Virus record (IMG/VR): IMGVR_UViG_3300039076_000100
Span: 1-35,880 of that record
Direction: 5' to 3' (one strand)
Origin: a virus
Taxonomy: Duplodnaviria > Caudoviricetes
DNA length: 35,880 nt
The position numbers and the translations under genes were made by a program. The notes under the pieces were generated by a model that did no database searches, was not told where the DNA came from, and was given only the letters and a program-made list of their open reading frames with translations. Each line of letters starts with the position of its first letter. Within the stretch, counting starts at the first letter, position 1. Positions 25,441-33,862 of the stretch are shown one piece after another.

Positions 25441-27110
25441 AAATCAAATTCCCTTTTAGGTTTGAGTATCTTTGAACGAGTGAGGTCCTTATTTTCTAGC
25501 AGTAATTTTTCTTTTTTACTAGACTCGGGACTCCACACAGTGGCCCTTTCGTAAATCTGAGTAAATCCTTGGAGCGCAAGACATAAGGCTACAACCCTAT
25601 CTTTTCCATTTAGATCAACGTTCCCGTCGCTCTCCCTGGTACACTTAATCATCTCTCCGATGCAATCAATGTCCAATATGGTCACTTCATTGTCACGATA
25701 ATTTGCGATTAAGTTGTTTAGCATCACATGTTTACTTTTTGATGTTGTCACCCATCCAAGCTTTGTCGTTACTTTGTGATGATCAAGCTCATCAATTACT
25801 TCGGTGCTGTAAATTCTAGTATAGCCCGCATCTTTAATTGCGGTCAAAGTGGTGTGACCTATGTTGTTTTTTTCGGGCACAAGTATTGCGTTGTTGTAAA
25901 TCTTCGCAAGCTCAACCAGTACGCGCCCATAGTGATCTGGGTCAAGATGACCGTGAAACTTAGCTACTTCTCTATGATTCGAGTCCAGAACCTTTGCAGA
26001 GCTCGCGTCTCCCCCCTCTAGTCCTTCGGCGACGTCTGCTCCTATTGAATACTTCATACCAGGTTCGGGCACGAAATAAACGGTCAAGAGCTTTGGGTAC
26101 ATCGAGAGATACTTTTGCTTAATCGTTATTTCTAGTTTCTTAGGAGGATGACGCCTCAACTCTTCCGAGTGAGCCTTAAGCTTGTCCATATCAAACACAG
26201 GTCGCCCAGTCGAAAGGAATGCCTCGGCTGGATATGAAGGGAAATCTTGTTTAAAGCGCTCATGTGGTTCTAGTGGCGTATCTGAAGTTTTCGAGTACTC
26301 TGAGATCTTAAGCCTTCGCCACATTAAATTGGCGTTAGTTATTTGTGGGCACATTTTAACTAAGTCAATTTCTTCTTTGGTGAGAATGAAGCCCATTGGC
26401 GGCTCTACTGAATAGTCGGGTATGGAATTCCAAGGAACAAAAAATGGTTTATATATTGAATCACCAGCTTCTGCGGCAGTCCAAAGATTGTAAAACGCTT
26501 CCCCATGCCCACTTACTCCATTTGCCGTAGACTCCTTTACTATGGAAGTTCCTCTGGCCAAGGGAATACTATTCTGCAAACCCTCATCTGTCTCCATTGC
26601 ATGTGGAAAAAAAGCAAATTCTGATAAATGCGCCCAGTTTCTAGTTCCTGCGCGGCCAGCATTCTCATCCTGCGCCGTTTCATATTTAAACCCAGAGGCA
26701 AGTCCGGGCTTGGTGATCCTAAGTTCTTTATTTGGATTGTCAAAAAGAACCTCGTCACTGTTATCTTTGGCAAGCATTGGTCTAATTTTTTGCGGTATGT
26801 GAGTTATGTAATTAGAGTAGATACTTTGAAGTTCCATTGTTCGGCCAAACTTATCGGCCATAACTATTCCGCGCTCATTATATCTTGTTACAGTTCTGTG
26901 AACATTGATACCGGCTTCCAATGTGGAAAATCCGCATTGTCTAGGTTTAAGTATGATTGCTCTAATGATGCCGCTAGGGAAAGCGTCTTTGCGCCATTGG
27001 ATATATTGCCTTTGATAATCCCTAAGGATAAATGGACGAATACCATCGACCTTGGTCTTAATTTTTAAGACTTTGGGGCAATAGTATTCGAAATCAAGGA
27101 TATTGCTCAC
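25437..27110 (-). CDS. terL: Terminase large subunit
   Basis: ILKPRQCGFST (Walker A), HLSEFAF (Walker B), ESTANG coupling motif, GADVAEG nuclease motif, EKNNIG. Confidence 0.95.
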   Translation of the reverse strand: MSNILDFEYYCPKVLKIKTKVDGIRPFILRDYQRQYIQWRKDAFPSGIIRAIILKPRQCGFSTLEAGINVHRTVTRYNERGIVMADKFGRTMELQSIYSNYITHIPQKIRPMLAKDNSDEVLFDNPNKELRITKPGLASGFKYETAQDENAGRAGTRNWAHLSEFAFFPHAMETDEGLQNSIPLARGTSIVKESTANGVSGHGEAFYNLWTAAEAGDSIYKPFFVPWNSIPDYSVEPPMGFILTKEEIDLVKMCPQITNANLMWRRLKISEYSKTSDTPLEPHERFKQDFPSYPAEAFLSTGRPVFDMDKLKAHSEELRRHPPKKLEITIKQKYLSMYPKLLTVYFVPEPGMKYSIGADVAEGLEGGDASSAKVLDSNHREVAKFHGHLDPDHYGRVLVELAKIYNNAILVPEKNNIGHTTLTAIKDAGYTRIYSTEVIDELDHHKVTTKLGWVTTSKSKHVMLNNLIANYRDNEVTILDIDCIGEMIKCTRESDGNVDLNGKDRVVALCLALQGFTQIYERATVWSPESSKKEKLLLENKDLTRSKILKPKREFDL

Positions 27111-27385
27111 TTTTTCTTTTTGGCTAAATCCGCTTGAGTGCTCTCGATGAAAGTTGCAAGAGAATGCAGTCTATTTAGCAACGCAACTGAATCCGCCACG
27201 GCAATAGTAATTTCTCTATGACCAGGTTCAATTGCTTGAAGTTGCTTCTTGATGTCTGCCAAAGATTTGGTAATTGATTCCTTTTGAACCTCTGCCGCTT
27301 CGACAACTTCCTCATTCCCTACAACCTCAACTGCCTCAACCTTAGTCTCTTCGGCCCTTACTTGCTTTTTCTTACTATTTGCCAC
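27107..27385 (-). CDS. Hypothetical protein
   Basis: GTG start with GGAGG RBS; overlaps the TerL start. Confidence 0.7.
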   Translation of the reverse strand: MANSKKKQVRAEETKVEAVEVVGNEEVVEAAEVQKESITKSLADIKKQLQAIEPGHREITIAVADSVALLNRLHSLATFIESTQADLAKKKK

Positions 27386-27437
27386 CTTTGCCTCCCTTTC
27401 CTTTTCCGCCTTTTCCTTTACATCCTTTGCCTGCCAT
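27375..27437 (-). CDS. 20-aa Gly/Lys basic peptide (not in the ORF track)
   Basis: AAGGAG-N4-ATG; MAGKGCKGKGGKGKGGKGGK then TAG; fills the intergenic gap exactly. Confidence 0.7.
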   Translation of the reverse strand: MAGKGCKGKGGKGKGGKGGK

Positions 27438-27446
27438 AATTACTCC

Positions 27447-28025
27447 TTAAAAAGTATAATTCTCTTCTTGTTTTTCAGCTTTTAGTTCATCATTGCTGAT
27501 AGGGTAGAACCACGCATGAAACTCTTTTTCCGTCAGATCAAGTCTATGAAGCAATTTTCTTTCCTTTGGATACTGATCCTCAGGTGCAAAGTGCCCACGC
27601 ATCTCTTTCATTAGGAGGTCGGTTGTCATTTGCCACTCAGGTGGAATGCTTCTTTCGACGAACACCACGAAACGATCTTTGTCAGTGTCTTTAAAATATC
27701 TGCAAATCTGGTCTTTTGAAAGAAAGTGAACTCTTGGAGCGTTGTCTACTTTAACATAAGCCTCTTCTTCGCACTTTTCGACTTCAATTCTATTGAGGAT
27801 CTCAGAGTGATAGTCGCTGATTCCGCCCTTAACTCTGTCCCTTTTAAGAATGATGATCATCATGTCTTTTTCAGAACTAGTAATATTGCCAGCAACGTGA
27901 AGCTCAACCAATTTCTGCCTAAGCGCCATCATCTTTCTCATTGGCATCTGGCCTCGTTCAAACTCTTTTCTCAAAAGTGCCAAGTCCTTGATGTTTTCCT
28001 TAACTTCCTTTTCAGCTTTCGCCAT
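27447..28025 (-). CDS. Hypothetical protein
   Basis: 192 aa; AGGGG RBS; located between TerS and TerL. Confidence 0.75.
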   Translation of the reverse strand: MAKAEKEVKENIKDLALLRKEFERGQMPMRKMMALRQKLVELHVAGNITSSEKDMMIIILKRDRVKGGISDYHSEILNRIEVEKCEEEAYVKVDNAPRVHFLSKDQICRYFKDTDKDRFVVFVERSIPPEWQMTTDLLMKEMRGHFAPEDQYPKERKLLHRLDLTEKEFHAWFYPISNDELKAEKQEENYTF

Positions 28026-28404
28026 TTTGTTCCCCTAAAGTTTTAAGATATTCTTCGTATGAAAGTTCTACTACCTTTGTCGTGTTGTCTGATTCGATCT
28101 TTTGGCGGTCAACCTGATCTAGGTGGTGACGTCCCAAATGAATAAGAAGCTTTGTGTCTCCAGACATAGCGACTTGCATCTGCTTGCGTCTTAATGAAAC
28201 TTTGCCCTTATTCTTGAAGCGTTTGAAAAACTCCGAAAAATTGACGCCATATTGCATTTTTACTTTATTCTCTATCGTGTCAATTGAACAGTTAAACCAA
28301 GAAGCAAGCTCCTCTATTGTGCATTGCAATCCGCAGAGCTTTTCAAGTTCTTCAAAATCAATATCAATTGAAGGCCTGCCTGCATTACTCTTCACTTGTC
28401 GCAA
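28012..28404 (-). CDS. terS: Terminase small subunit (start may be GTG 28395)
   Basis: GRPSIDID...LCGLQCTIEELASWFNCSIDTI HTH; GKVSLRRKQ...G..KLLIHLG. Confidence 0.8.
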   Translation of the reverse strand: MRQVKSNAGRPSIDIDFEELEKLCGLQCTIEELASWFNCSIDTIENKVKMQYGVNFSEFFKRFKNKGKVSLRRKQMQVAMSGDTKLLIHLGRHHLDQVDRQKIESDNTTKVVELSYEEYLKTLGEQNGES

Positions 28405-28567
28405 ATCCTACGTTTATTAGTTTGTCGTTGTTGCCAAACATTTTTACTAGTTTTTGAACGATGTCTGTTTCGTCGCAATTTACACTCAAGGTTAAATCAA
28501 AGCCACCGTCTGAAGTTGACTTGATTGACTTAATTACGGCCTGACATGCGCCTATTGGGTTACTCAT
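28385..28567 (-). CDS. Hypothetical protein
   Basis: ATGA overlap; GGAG RBS. Confidence 0.65.
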   Translation of the reverse strand: MSNPIGACQAVIKSIKSTSDGGFDLTLSVNCDETDIVQKLVKMFGNNDKLINVGFATSEE

Positions 28568-28857
28568 TCAAGCTCCCCAAAGATAAGCCACATTGTTGTG
28601 ATTTTTTTGATTGTAACGCCTTTGTAGGCCGGGAAATTAGACTGGAACTTTTCTTTCCATTTCTGCGCAAAAAACTCGGCGATTGCCTTATACTCTTCTG
28701 CGTAATGAGTTCTGATTCCGTTTTCCCTTCCGACGTAGTTAGTCATAGGGATTCCGGTTTCCTGAACAACCTCGGAACGCTTTAAGCCCAAACTCTCTCG
28801 AGTCCAGACAATCCTTGCGCCAATATCGTTTAATTCCCTTAAGTCATCGTTCTTCAT
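28564..28857 (-). CDS. XRE-like HTH protein
   Basis: IGARIVWTRESLGLKRSEVVQETGIP......ENG and WLIFG. Confidence 0.75.
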   Translation of the reverse strand: MKNDDLRELNDIGARIVWTRESLGLKRSEVVQETGIPMTNYVGRENGIRTHYAEEYKAIAEFFAQKWKEKFQSNFPAYKGVTIKKITTMWLIFGELE

Positions 28858-28889
28858 GATAAAAGAATAACGGGAACGTGTTTAAGAAG

Positions 28890-29117
28890 TCAAGCGCCGT
28901 ATCCGCAGCCATAATCAAACCCAGCACCGCAACCCGACCCTTCCCCGTGGCCACAACCTTCACTACACCCAGCCCCGTCACCGAAGCCGTAACCACAACC
29001 ATCTTCATATCCATAGCCGTAAAAATCGCCAAAGCCTGAGCAGTCTTTAGAACCATGGCCAGATCCGATACCTAATCCAAAATCGCTAGATAGTTTGGCA
29101 TTTTCTACGCTTTCCAT
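28890..29117 (-). CDS. Gly-X repeat protein
   Basis: GYGFGDGAGCSEGCGHGEGSGCGAG; start overlaps the end of the upstream gene. Confidence 0.6.
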   Translation of the reverse strand: MESVENAKLSSDFGLGIGSGHGSKDCSGFGDFYGYGYEDGCGYGFGDGAGCSEGCGHGEGSGCGAGFDYGCGYGA

Positions 29118-29440
29118 ACTTCCACCGATGCAATTGACTCCTGCGCTTTTTTAGAGCAATCCAAAATCTCAATCACCTGCAAAAGCAATACTCTTGGAAC
29201 CTCGCAAGGAAACTTGCAATCTTCTGGTTTCCCTACTCCATCAACTGCTAACTGACTTAAGCTCGCGGCTCCCGCCCAGTACCAAAGTCTTCTGGCATTG
29301 AGCAAAACAACCTCTTGCCCGTCTCGTGATTTGAGGTATCCTGCAAAAACTCCGGCTGCCATAGTCCTGACTATAACATATTTAATTCTTTCAGAGCCTT
29401 GATTGCCCCACAATGAAAACCTGTATTTTTTATTAAACAT
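29105..29440 (-). CDS. Conserved phage protein (DUF6948-like)
   Basis: YVIVRT..AGVFAG...V.L.NARRLWYW.GAASLSQLA.DG; AAGGAG RBS. Confidence 0.8.
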   Translation of the reverse strand: MFNKKYRFSLWGNQGSERIKYVIVRTMAAGVFAGYLKSRDGQEVVLLNARRLWYWAGAASLSQLAVDGVGKPEDCKFPCEVPRVLLLQVIEILDCSKKAQESIASVEVWKA

Positions 29441-29454
29441 AGAACTCCTTAAAG

Positions 29455-29696
29455 TGCCCCTGGCGAGTGACCAGAGGCGAACATACCCTGTGCTTTTAAG
29501 TGGAACTTTGGTATGTATTCCCCACTTTTTACCAGGTCGAGCGCGACTTCGACTTTTCCTTTACTGGGAATCGAACCCACACCAATCGCAAAAGAAATCC
29601 TCGTCAGGTGCGTGTTCTAGTTGCGTGGTTAAGTAGAATGACCTGCCCACACCTTAATGCCTCATCAGCAACAACAGCCTCCACGCCTCTGGTAAA
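29455..29696 (-). ncRNA. Candidate structured RNA (multi-stem, tRNA-like T-arm, pseudoknot)
   Basis: The largest non-coding gap inside the minus-strand block; 10-bp closing helix 29470-29479/29684-29693; UGGG-UUCGAUU-CCCA; several internal stems. Confidence 0.6.
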
Positions 29697-29843
29697 TTAA
29701 TTAAATAAATATCTATAGGCAACAATCCCTAAAACCACCGCGGCAATTATAGGAATCATGCCAATTATCATAATAAAAAATTGTAGTAAAACAAATGTCG
29801 TAAAAAACACTATGCCAGATAAAAAATTTACTGCCTTTTCCAT
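29697..29843 (-). CDS. 48-aa membrane peptide (not in the ORF track)
   Basis: MEKAVNFLSGIVFFTTFVLLQFFIMIIGMIPIIAAVVLGIVAYRYLFN; AAGGGTG RBS. Confidence 0.6.
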   Translation of the reverse strand: MEKAVNFLSGIVFFTTFVLLQFFIMIIGMIPIIAAVVLGIVAYRYLFN

Positions 29844-29880
29844 AACTGCACCCTTGAAGTGAGCTCTCGCTCGTTATTTT

Positions 29881-30219
29881 CTAAATTACTTCGGTTAATA
29901 TTCTCCAATCTTTTAACACCCCATCTACAAATACGGCTTCAATTGGCACTCCTTTGAGTTGCTCAATATTATCAACTTTGGCATCTTTCAATAGCTTCAG
30001 GATTAATCTTGATGTCTCACTAAACACCTTATCCCTATCTTCTTCTGTCCATTTGCAATAAGCGTCTCTTTCCACTGCCCATGCACCCTTAAAATCAGAA
30101 ACTCCCCAGCAGTCCTTATCACTTCCAAGAGTAACATTTAGTCCAAGACAGGCATCATTGTATCCACCAAATCCATATTTTATTGACTTTATTTTGCCAA
30201 TTCTTTTTTCTTTATTCAT
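29881..30219 (-). CDS. Hypothetical phage protein
   Basis: 112 aa; GGTGG RBS; ATGA overlap. Confidence 0.75.
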   Translation of the reverse strand: MNKEKRIGKIKSIKYGFGGYNDACLGLNVTLGSDKDCWGVSDFKGAWAVERDAYCKWTEEDRDKVFSETSRLILKLLKDAKVDNIEQLKGVPIEAVFVDGVLKDWRILTEVI

Positions 30220-30332
30220 TTTCCACCCTTGATAGATTTAATAAAAACTACTACCAAAATAGCACACAATAAAGCAAGCGACTTTTCTTCAATAAATAAC
30301 CCAAATATTAAAATCGCCAAAATTACATTCAT
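30216..30332 (-). CDS. 38-aa membrane peptide (not in the ORF track)
   Basis: MNVILAILIFGLFIEEKSLALLCAILVVVFIKSIKGGK; ATGA overlap with the next gene. Confidence 0.5.
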   Translation of the reverse strand: MNVILAILIFGLFIEEKSLALLCAILVVVFIKSIKGGK

Positions 30333-30382
30333 TTAGAGAACATAGCTCGGGGCGGGATTTAGTTAAAGGCGGTGTGAAAAGA

Positions 30383-31129
30383 TTACGCGTTTTCTATGCG
30401 TTTTTTTGCGATATCGAAGTATTTATCATCTTTCTCTATGCCAATGAAGTTGCGGTTTAGATTTTTACAAGCCACTCCAGTTGAACCAGATCCCATGGTA
30501 AAATCTAAAATTGTTTCGTTTTCTAAGGTATATGTTCTAATTAGATACTCAAGAAGGGCAACAGGTTTTTGAGTAGGATGAAGTCCTTTTTCTTTCTTAA
30601 ATTTAATGTCTTGGTATGGATAATTGGTGTGCGTTCTAATAACTCTATCTACGTGACAGGGGCGATTCCATTTGTGATCGTTAATTGTCGAATTAGCCTT
30701 ATCTTTTCTAGTTTTAACTTCTTTGTTAATTTCAATTAAACCTTGAGGAAAATATTTCATATTAAAAATATTTCCGTTTGATGTTTTACCAGTGCTAAAA
30801 ATGGAAACAATCTCATGTCTGCTCATTGGCTTTAGCTTGGCATTCATAAACTGGCATGATTGATCCTTTATCCAAATCCAATCATATTTATACATTTTCA
30901 AGTTGCTCAATCTTAAATGTGAGCTAAACGGCTCGCTTCCAAATAAGCAAATTGCCCCATTGTTCTTGGTGATTCTTTTTAATTGCTCCCACATTGGCTC
31001 AAATGGAATAATTACGTCCCACTTGCAAGCTGTGGTTCCGTAAGGCGGATCTGTTAAAACCATGTCTATACTCTTATCTGGGATAGTCTTCATTAGCTCC
31101 AAACAATCGCCATGCATTAAATTAATCAT
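30383..31129 (-). CDS. DNA amino-methyltransferase, beta class (probably N6-adenine)
   Basis: GDCLE, TDPPY, HPTQKP and LDFTMGSGSTG in beta-class order. Confidence 0.95.
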   Translation of the reverse strand: MINLMHGDCLELMKTIPDKSIDMVLTDPPYGTTACKWDVIIPFEPMWEQLKRITKNNGAICLFGSEPFSSHLRLSNLKMYKYDWIWIKDQSCQFMNAKLKPMSRHEIVSIFSTGKTSNGNIFNMKYFPQGLIEINKEVKTRKDKANSTINDHKWNRPCHVDRVIRTHTNYPYQDIKFKKEKGLHPTQKPVALLEYLIRTYTLENETILDFTMGSGSTGVACKNLNRNFIGIEKDDKYFDIAKKRIENA

Positions 31130-31373
31130 AATTACCCCTGAATTTTTTAAACTATTGGATAATTGCTAGATTAATTAGGCAAGTGAATTTTTTATAGATT
31201 ATTTCTTGAACTTTTAAGGCCGGTTGTCTACAGTCTTTCAAACAACAAAGCCGAGACTGCGAATCCCGGCTCAAATAATTGCTCAAGTGATACAAGCACC
31301 TAAGCGAAATCTAGTAAAAAATACTCTATTTCAAATAAGCTTGCAATACTCCTTGAGTATTAAAAGGAAAAAA

Positions 31374-32147
31374 ATGGCAAGCGGTAAAAAGAATTATTTC
31401 CGTCATTCGACTGGGGCTTTTGAAGATGAAAAAATCCAACGCGCAATATCTTTATTAGGATATGAGGGCTATGCATATTTCTTTATTTTGCTCGAAGTTT
31501 TAGCGAAGCAATGCGAAAATGAGTTCAAAAACCCTATCCGTATTCATAAGCAAACTTTAAAAAATGTTTGGAGAAAGCAGTCTAAAAGTTGCGACAAAGT
31601 ACTCACAAAGTTGGAAGAAAGTGGTCTCTTTGTGGTCACAAAGTGGTCAGAAAGTGACTACAAAGTGGATACTTTCTTGAAAAGTTTATATGAAATTGAT
31701 ATACCTAACCTTGCGAAATATATGGGAAAATATGAATCCAAATTGCCACCAAATTCCCCTAATAAAAGAAAAGAAAAAGAAAATAAAATAAAAGAAAACA
31801 AAGAAAAGGAAAATGTTGTTGTTGAAGCTCCTCAGGTTGGCTCGTTTAATTCAGAATTGGAGCATGGCATTGATGAAGTATTTAACGCGTACCGCTTTAC
31901 TATTAACTACCCGCGTGATGTTTTTGAAGAGTTTGCACTTGAAGCGTATCCAATTTATTTAGCTAGTACTAAACCAGACAAAAGTTGGGTTAGGTTTTTA
32001 ACGGCCTACATAAAAAACAATAAACATAGAATCGAAGAAAAAATGCTTGACGGTTATAAATCAAAAAAGCTTCTCGAGGATGACAAGTCCGAATACTCAG
32101 ACCTAACAGCTACCTTCAAGGGGATTGTTGAAAATGAAAATAACTAA
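31374..32147 (+). CDS. Phage replication initiator (DUF4373/Lin1244-like N-terminus)
   Basis: Start at ATG 31374 (MASGKKNYFRH...DEKI...GYEGYAYFFILLE); K/E-rich linker; directly upstream of the helicase. Confidence 0.8.
   Translation: MASGKKNYFRHSTGAFEDEKIQRAISLLGYEGYAYFFILLEVLAKQCENEFKNPIRIHKQTLKNVWRKQSKSCDKVLTKLEESGLFVVTKWSESDYKVDTFLKSLYEIDIPNLAKYMGKYESKLPPNSPNKRKEKENKIKENKEKENVVVEAPQVGSFNSELEHGIDEVFNAYRFTINYPRDVFEEFALEAYPIYLASTKPDKSWVRFLTAYIKNNKHRIEEKMLDGYKSKKLLEDDKSEYSDLTATFKGIVENENN
31574..31672 (+). repeat. Nine tandem 11-bp iteron-like repeats (probable replication origin)
   Basis: AAAGCAGTCTA AAAGTTGCGAC AAAGTACTCAC AAAGTTGGAAG AAAGTGGTCTC TTTGTGGTCAC AAAGTGGTCAG AAAGTGACTAC AAAGTGGATAC. 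Confidence 0.75.
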
Positions 32148-33000
32148 CGCTCACATGACACAAGAGGATTTACAGGAAAACAAATCCGCGCGCGATGAAA
32201 TGCGAATCAGGAGCAGTTTAAAATGTTTTAGTTCAACTAACGGTTTAAGGCCCTCTGAATTGTCTGTCATGCTTGGGGCTTCTGGCAATGGCAAGTCTAC
32301 ACTTTGCAGGACGATTTCAATTGAATGCGCCTTCTACCACACAAAGACTTTACACATACTTTCGGAAGAAAAAACGGCTGTTTATAAGCAACCAATTAAC
32401 GAGCGAATCAAGCAAATAGCCAAGCCTGGAACTGAAGACAAGTACATGAACAACCTGCTTTTTAGCTCAATGCTCGAGTGGCCAAAGGAAAAGAAAAACG
32501 AAATGGCTTTTTTTAGCTTTTTGGAAAACGCGGTCAATGAACACCTTCCAGAGCTTGTGATATTCGACAACTTCACAACAAGCTTTTTCAACTCTCTCCA
32601 CGTCTCGAAACAGGGGGAGGTTATCGATAAGTTTAGAAAGTTTGCTTCAACCTACGACATTGCAATTTTGGCAGTATTTCACACCGTCAAAGGAACAAAT
32701 ATTTACAATAAACTCATAACCGGAGAGGATGTTCGCGGTAATTCTACGGCAACGAACGGAAGTGGTTACGTTTACACCATTCAGAACTTTTTTAGGGCCA
32801 AGCCTGAGCCGGCATCGGTGCTTACAATTGAAAAGGCAAGGTATCACCCAGAAGTCAACCAGAGCCATTGGAGATTGGTTTTCGACAAGGAGTCTGGGCT
32901 TTATGTCGGCGATAAGAAAATAGACTACGACACTGTTGTTGAAATTCAAAAATCAGCCTTAGCCCCTGTAAAAAAGACATACACAAGCAGAAGTTTTTAA
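32134..33000 (+). CDS. DnaB-like (SF4/RecA-fold) helicase, motor domain only
   Basis: GLRPSEL..LGASGNGKST (Walker A), LSEE, VIFDN (Walker B), VFH, DVRG and IEKAR. Confidence 0.85.
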   Translation: MKITNAHMTQEDLQENKSARDEMRIRSSLKCFSSTNGLRPSELSVMLGASGNGKSTLCRTISIECAFYHTKTLHILSEEKTAVYKQPINERIKQIAKPGTEDKYMNNLLFSSMLEWPKEKKNEMAFFSFLENAVNEHLPELVIFDNFTTSFFNSLHVSKQGEVIDKFRKFASTYDIAILAVFHTVKGTNIYNKLITGEDVRGNSTATNGSGYVYTIQNFFRAKPEPASVLTIEKARYHPEVNQSHWRLVFDKESGLYVGDKKIDYDTVVEIQKSALAPVKKTYTSRSF

Positions 33001-33030
33001 TGTTGTGATACGATTGCGGAGAGGTGGAAA

Positions 33031-33234
33031 ATGGTTAAAGTAAAAACAACAGGCGAGCGAGTTTTTCAATCTGAGCAAGAAGTGAAAACGAGAAAAGAGA
33101 AAATTGCACAATTGGCCAAAGCAAGCAATTTGCCTGAGCACATGGGCGAATTACTTCTTTCCGAGATAAGACTATCGACAGACGATACTAATAAACAACT
33201 GAGAGAGCGTGCAGAACTACTGGGGCTTATGTGA
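33031..33234 (+). CDS. Hypothetical protein
   Basis: GAGGTG RBS. Confidence 0.7.
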   Translation: MVKVKTTGERVFQSEQEVKTRKEKIAQLAKASNLPEHMGELLLSEIRLSTDDTNKQLRERAELLGLM

Positions 33235-33482
33235 ATAAATCATGTGTATGTGTTAATGAAAAATACTTAACCTACGACCATGCTTCCGACTTAGAAAAGC
33301 AATGGGATTTATTGCCAGACACCAGAAAGGCTTTAATTCTAAAATACGCAACCCTGCTTAGGCGATTCAACAAAGACCCAAACAGTGTATCGAAAGAATT
33401 TAAAAAATTTATTTTGGAAAATTCTGAGTGTGAAACTTGGCTAATTCCCGGCAACGCAACGCAAAGATATATTTTGGTTTAA
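33231..33482 (+). CDS. Hypothetical protein
   Basis: GTGA overlap with the upstream gene. Confidence 0.6.
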   Translation: MNKSCVCVNEKYLTYDHASDLEKQWDLLPDTRKALILKYATLLRRFNKDPNSVSKEFKKFILENSECETWLIPGNATQRYILV

Positions 33483-33592
33483 ACCGTTTTTTAATCGAAT
33501 CCTTGTCCGACATCGTATTTTAAATAAAAACCTTTTTAATCAAGAACTAGATAGCTTAGAATTGATTTTAATAACATTCTTCAAGGTAAGAT

Positions 33593-33862
33593 TTAATATT
33601 TATCAAGCACCCATTTATTTCGCACTTCGCAAAGTCTCCACCCTTTTTCGATTAGCCATGCCTTATATGTGGGATATTTCTCTGCCATGTATTTTACGCC
33701 TTTCATTCCTTTTTCGGTGTGGCAGCGTCGGCACATCACGGAAATGTTGCGATGATCTTCTGCAAGTTCAGGGTGCGCCTTCCTTGTGAGGCAATGTTCA
33801 TAATCCAAGGGATAAAATGAGCCATTATGACCGCAACAGATGCAGAACTCTTTAGCAATCAT
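33593..33862 (-). CDS. Small HNH-type endonuclease
   Basis: CICCG...EH...N...MCRRCH. Confidence 0.75.
   Translation of the reverse strand: MIAKEFCICCGHNGSFYPLDYEHCLTRKAHPELAEDHRNISVMCRRCHTEKGMKGVKYMAEKYPTYKAWLIEKGWRLCEVRNKWVLDKY

Noticed and set aside
28844-29056. 70-aa Val/Ala-rich ORF
   Set aside because: It is an alternative-frame shadow of the Gly-X repeat gene and has no clear RBS.
29540-29640. tRNA gene suggested by GGGTTCGATTCCC on the minus strand
   Set aside because: I could not build an acceptor stem, anticodon arm or CCA end. It is kept only as a T-arm within a larger RNA.
29600-29668. Hammerhead ribozyme cores (CUGAUGAG and CUGACGAG on the minus strand)
   Set aside because: I could not find a correctly placed stem II-GAAA-stem III-UH arrangement by eye.
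31224-31373. N-terminal extension of the initiator given in the ORF track
   Set aside because: ATG 31374 has an AAGGA RBS and begins the recognisable domain. The upstream stretch is more likely a divergent promoter region.
31574-31672. CRISPR-like array
   Set aside because: The units are contiguous 11-mers with no spacers and lie inside a CDS.
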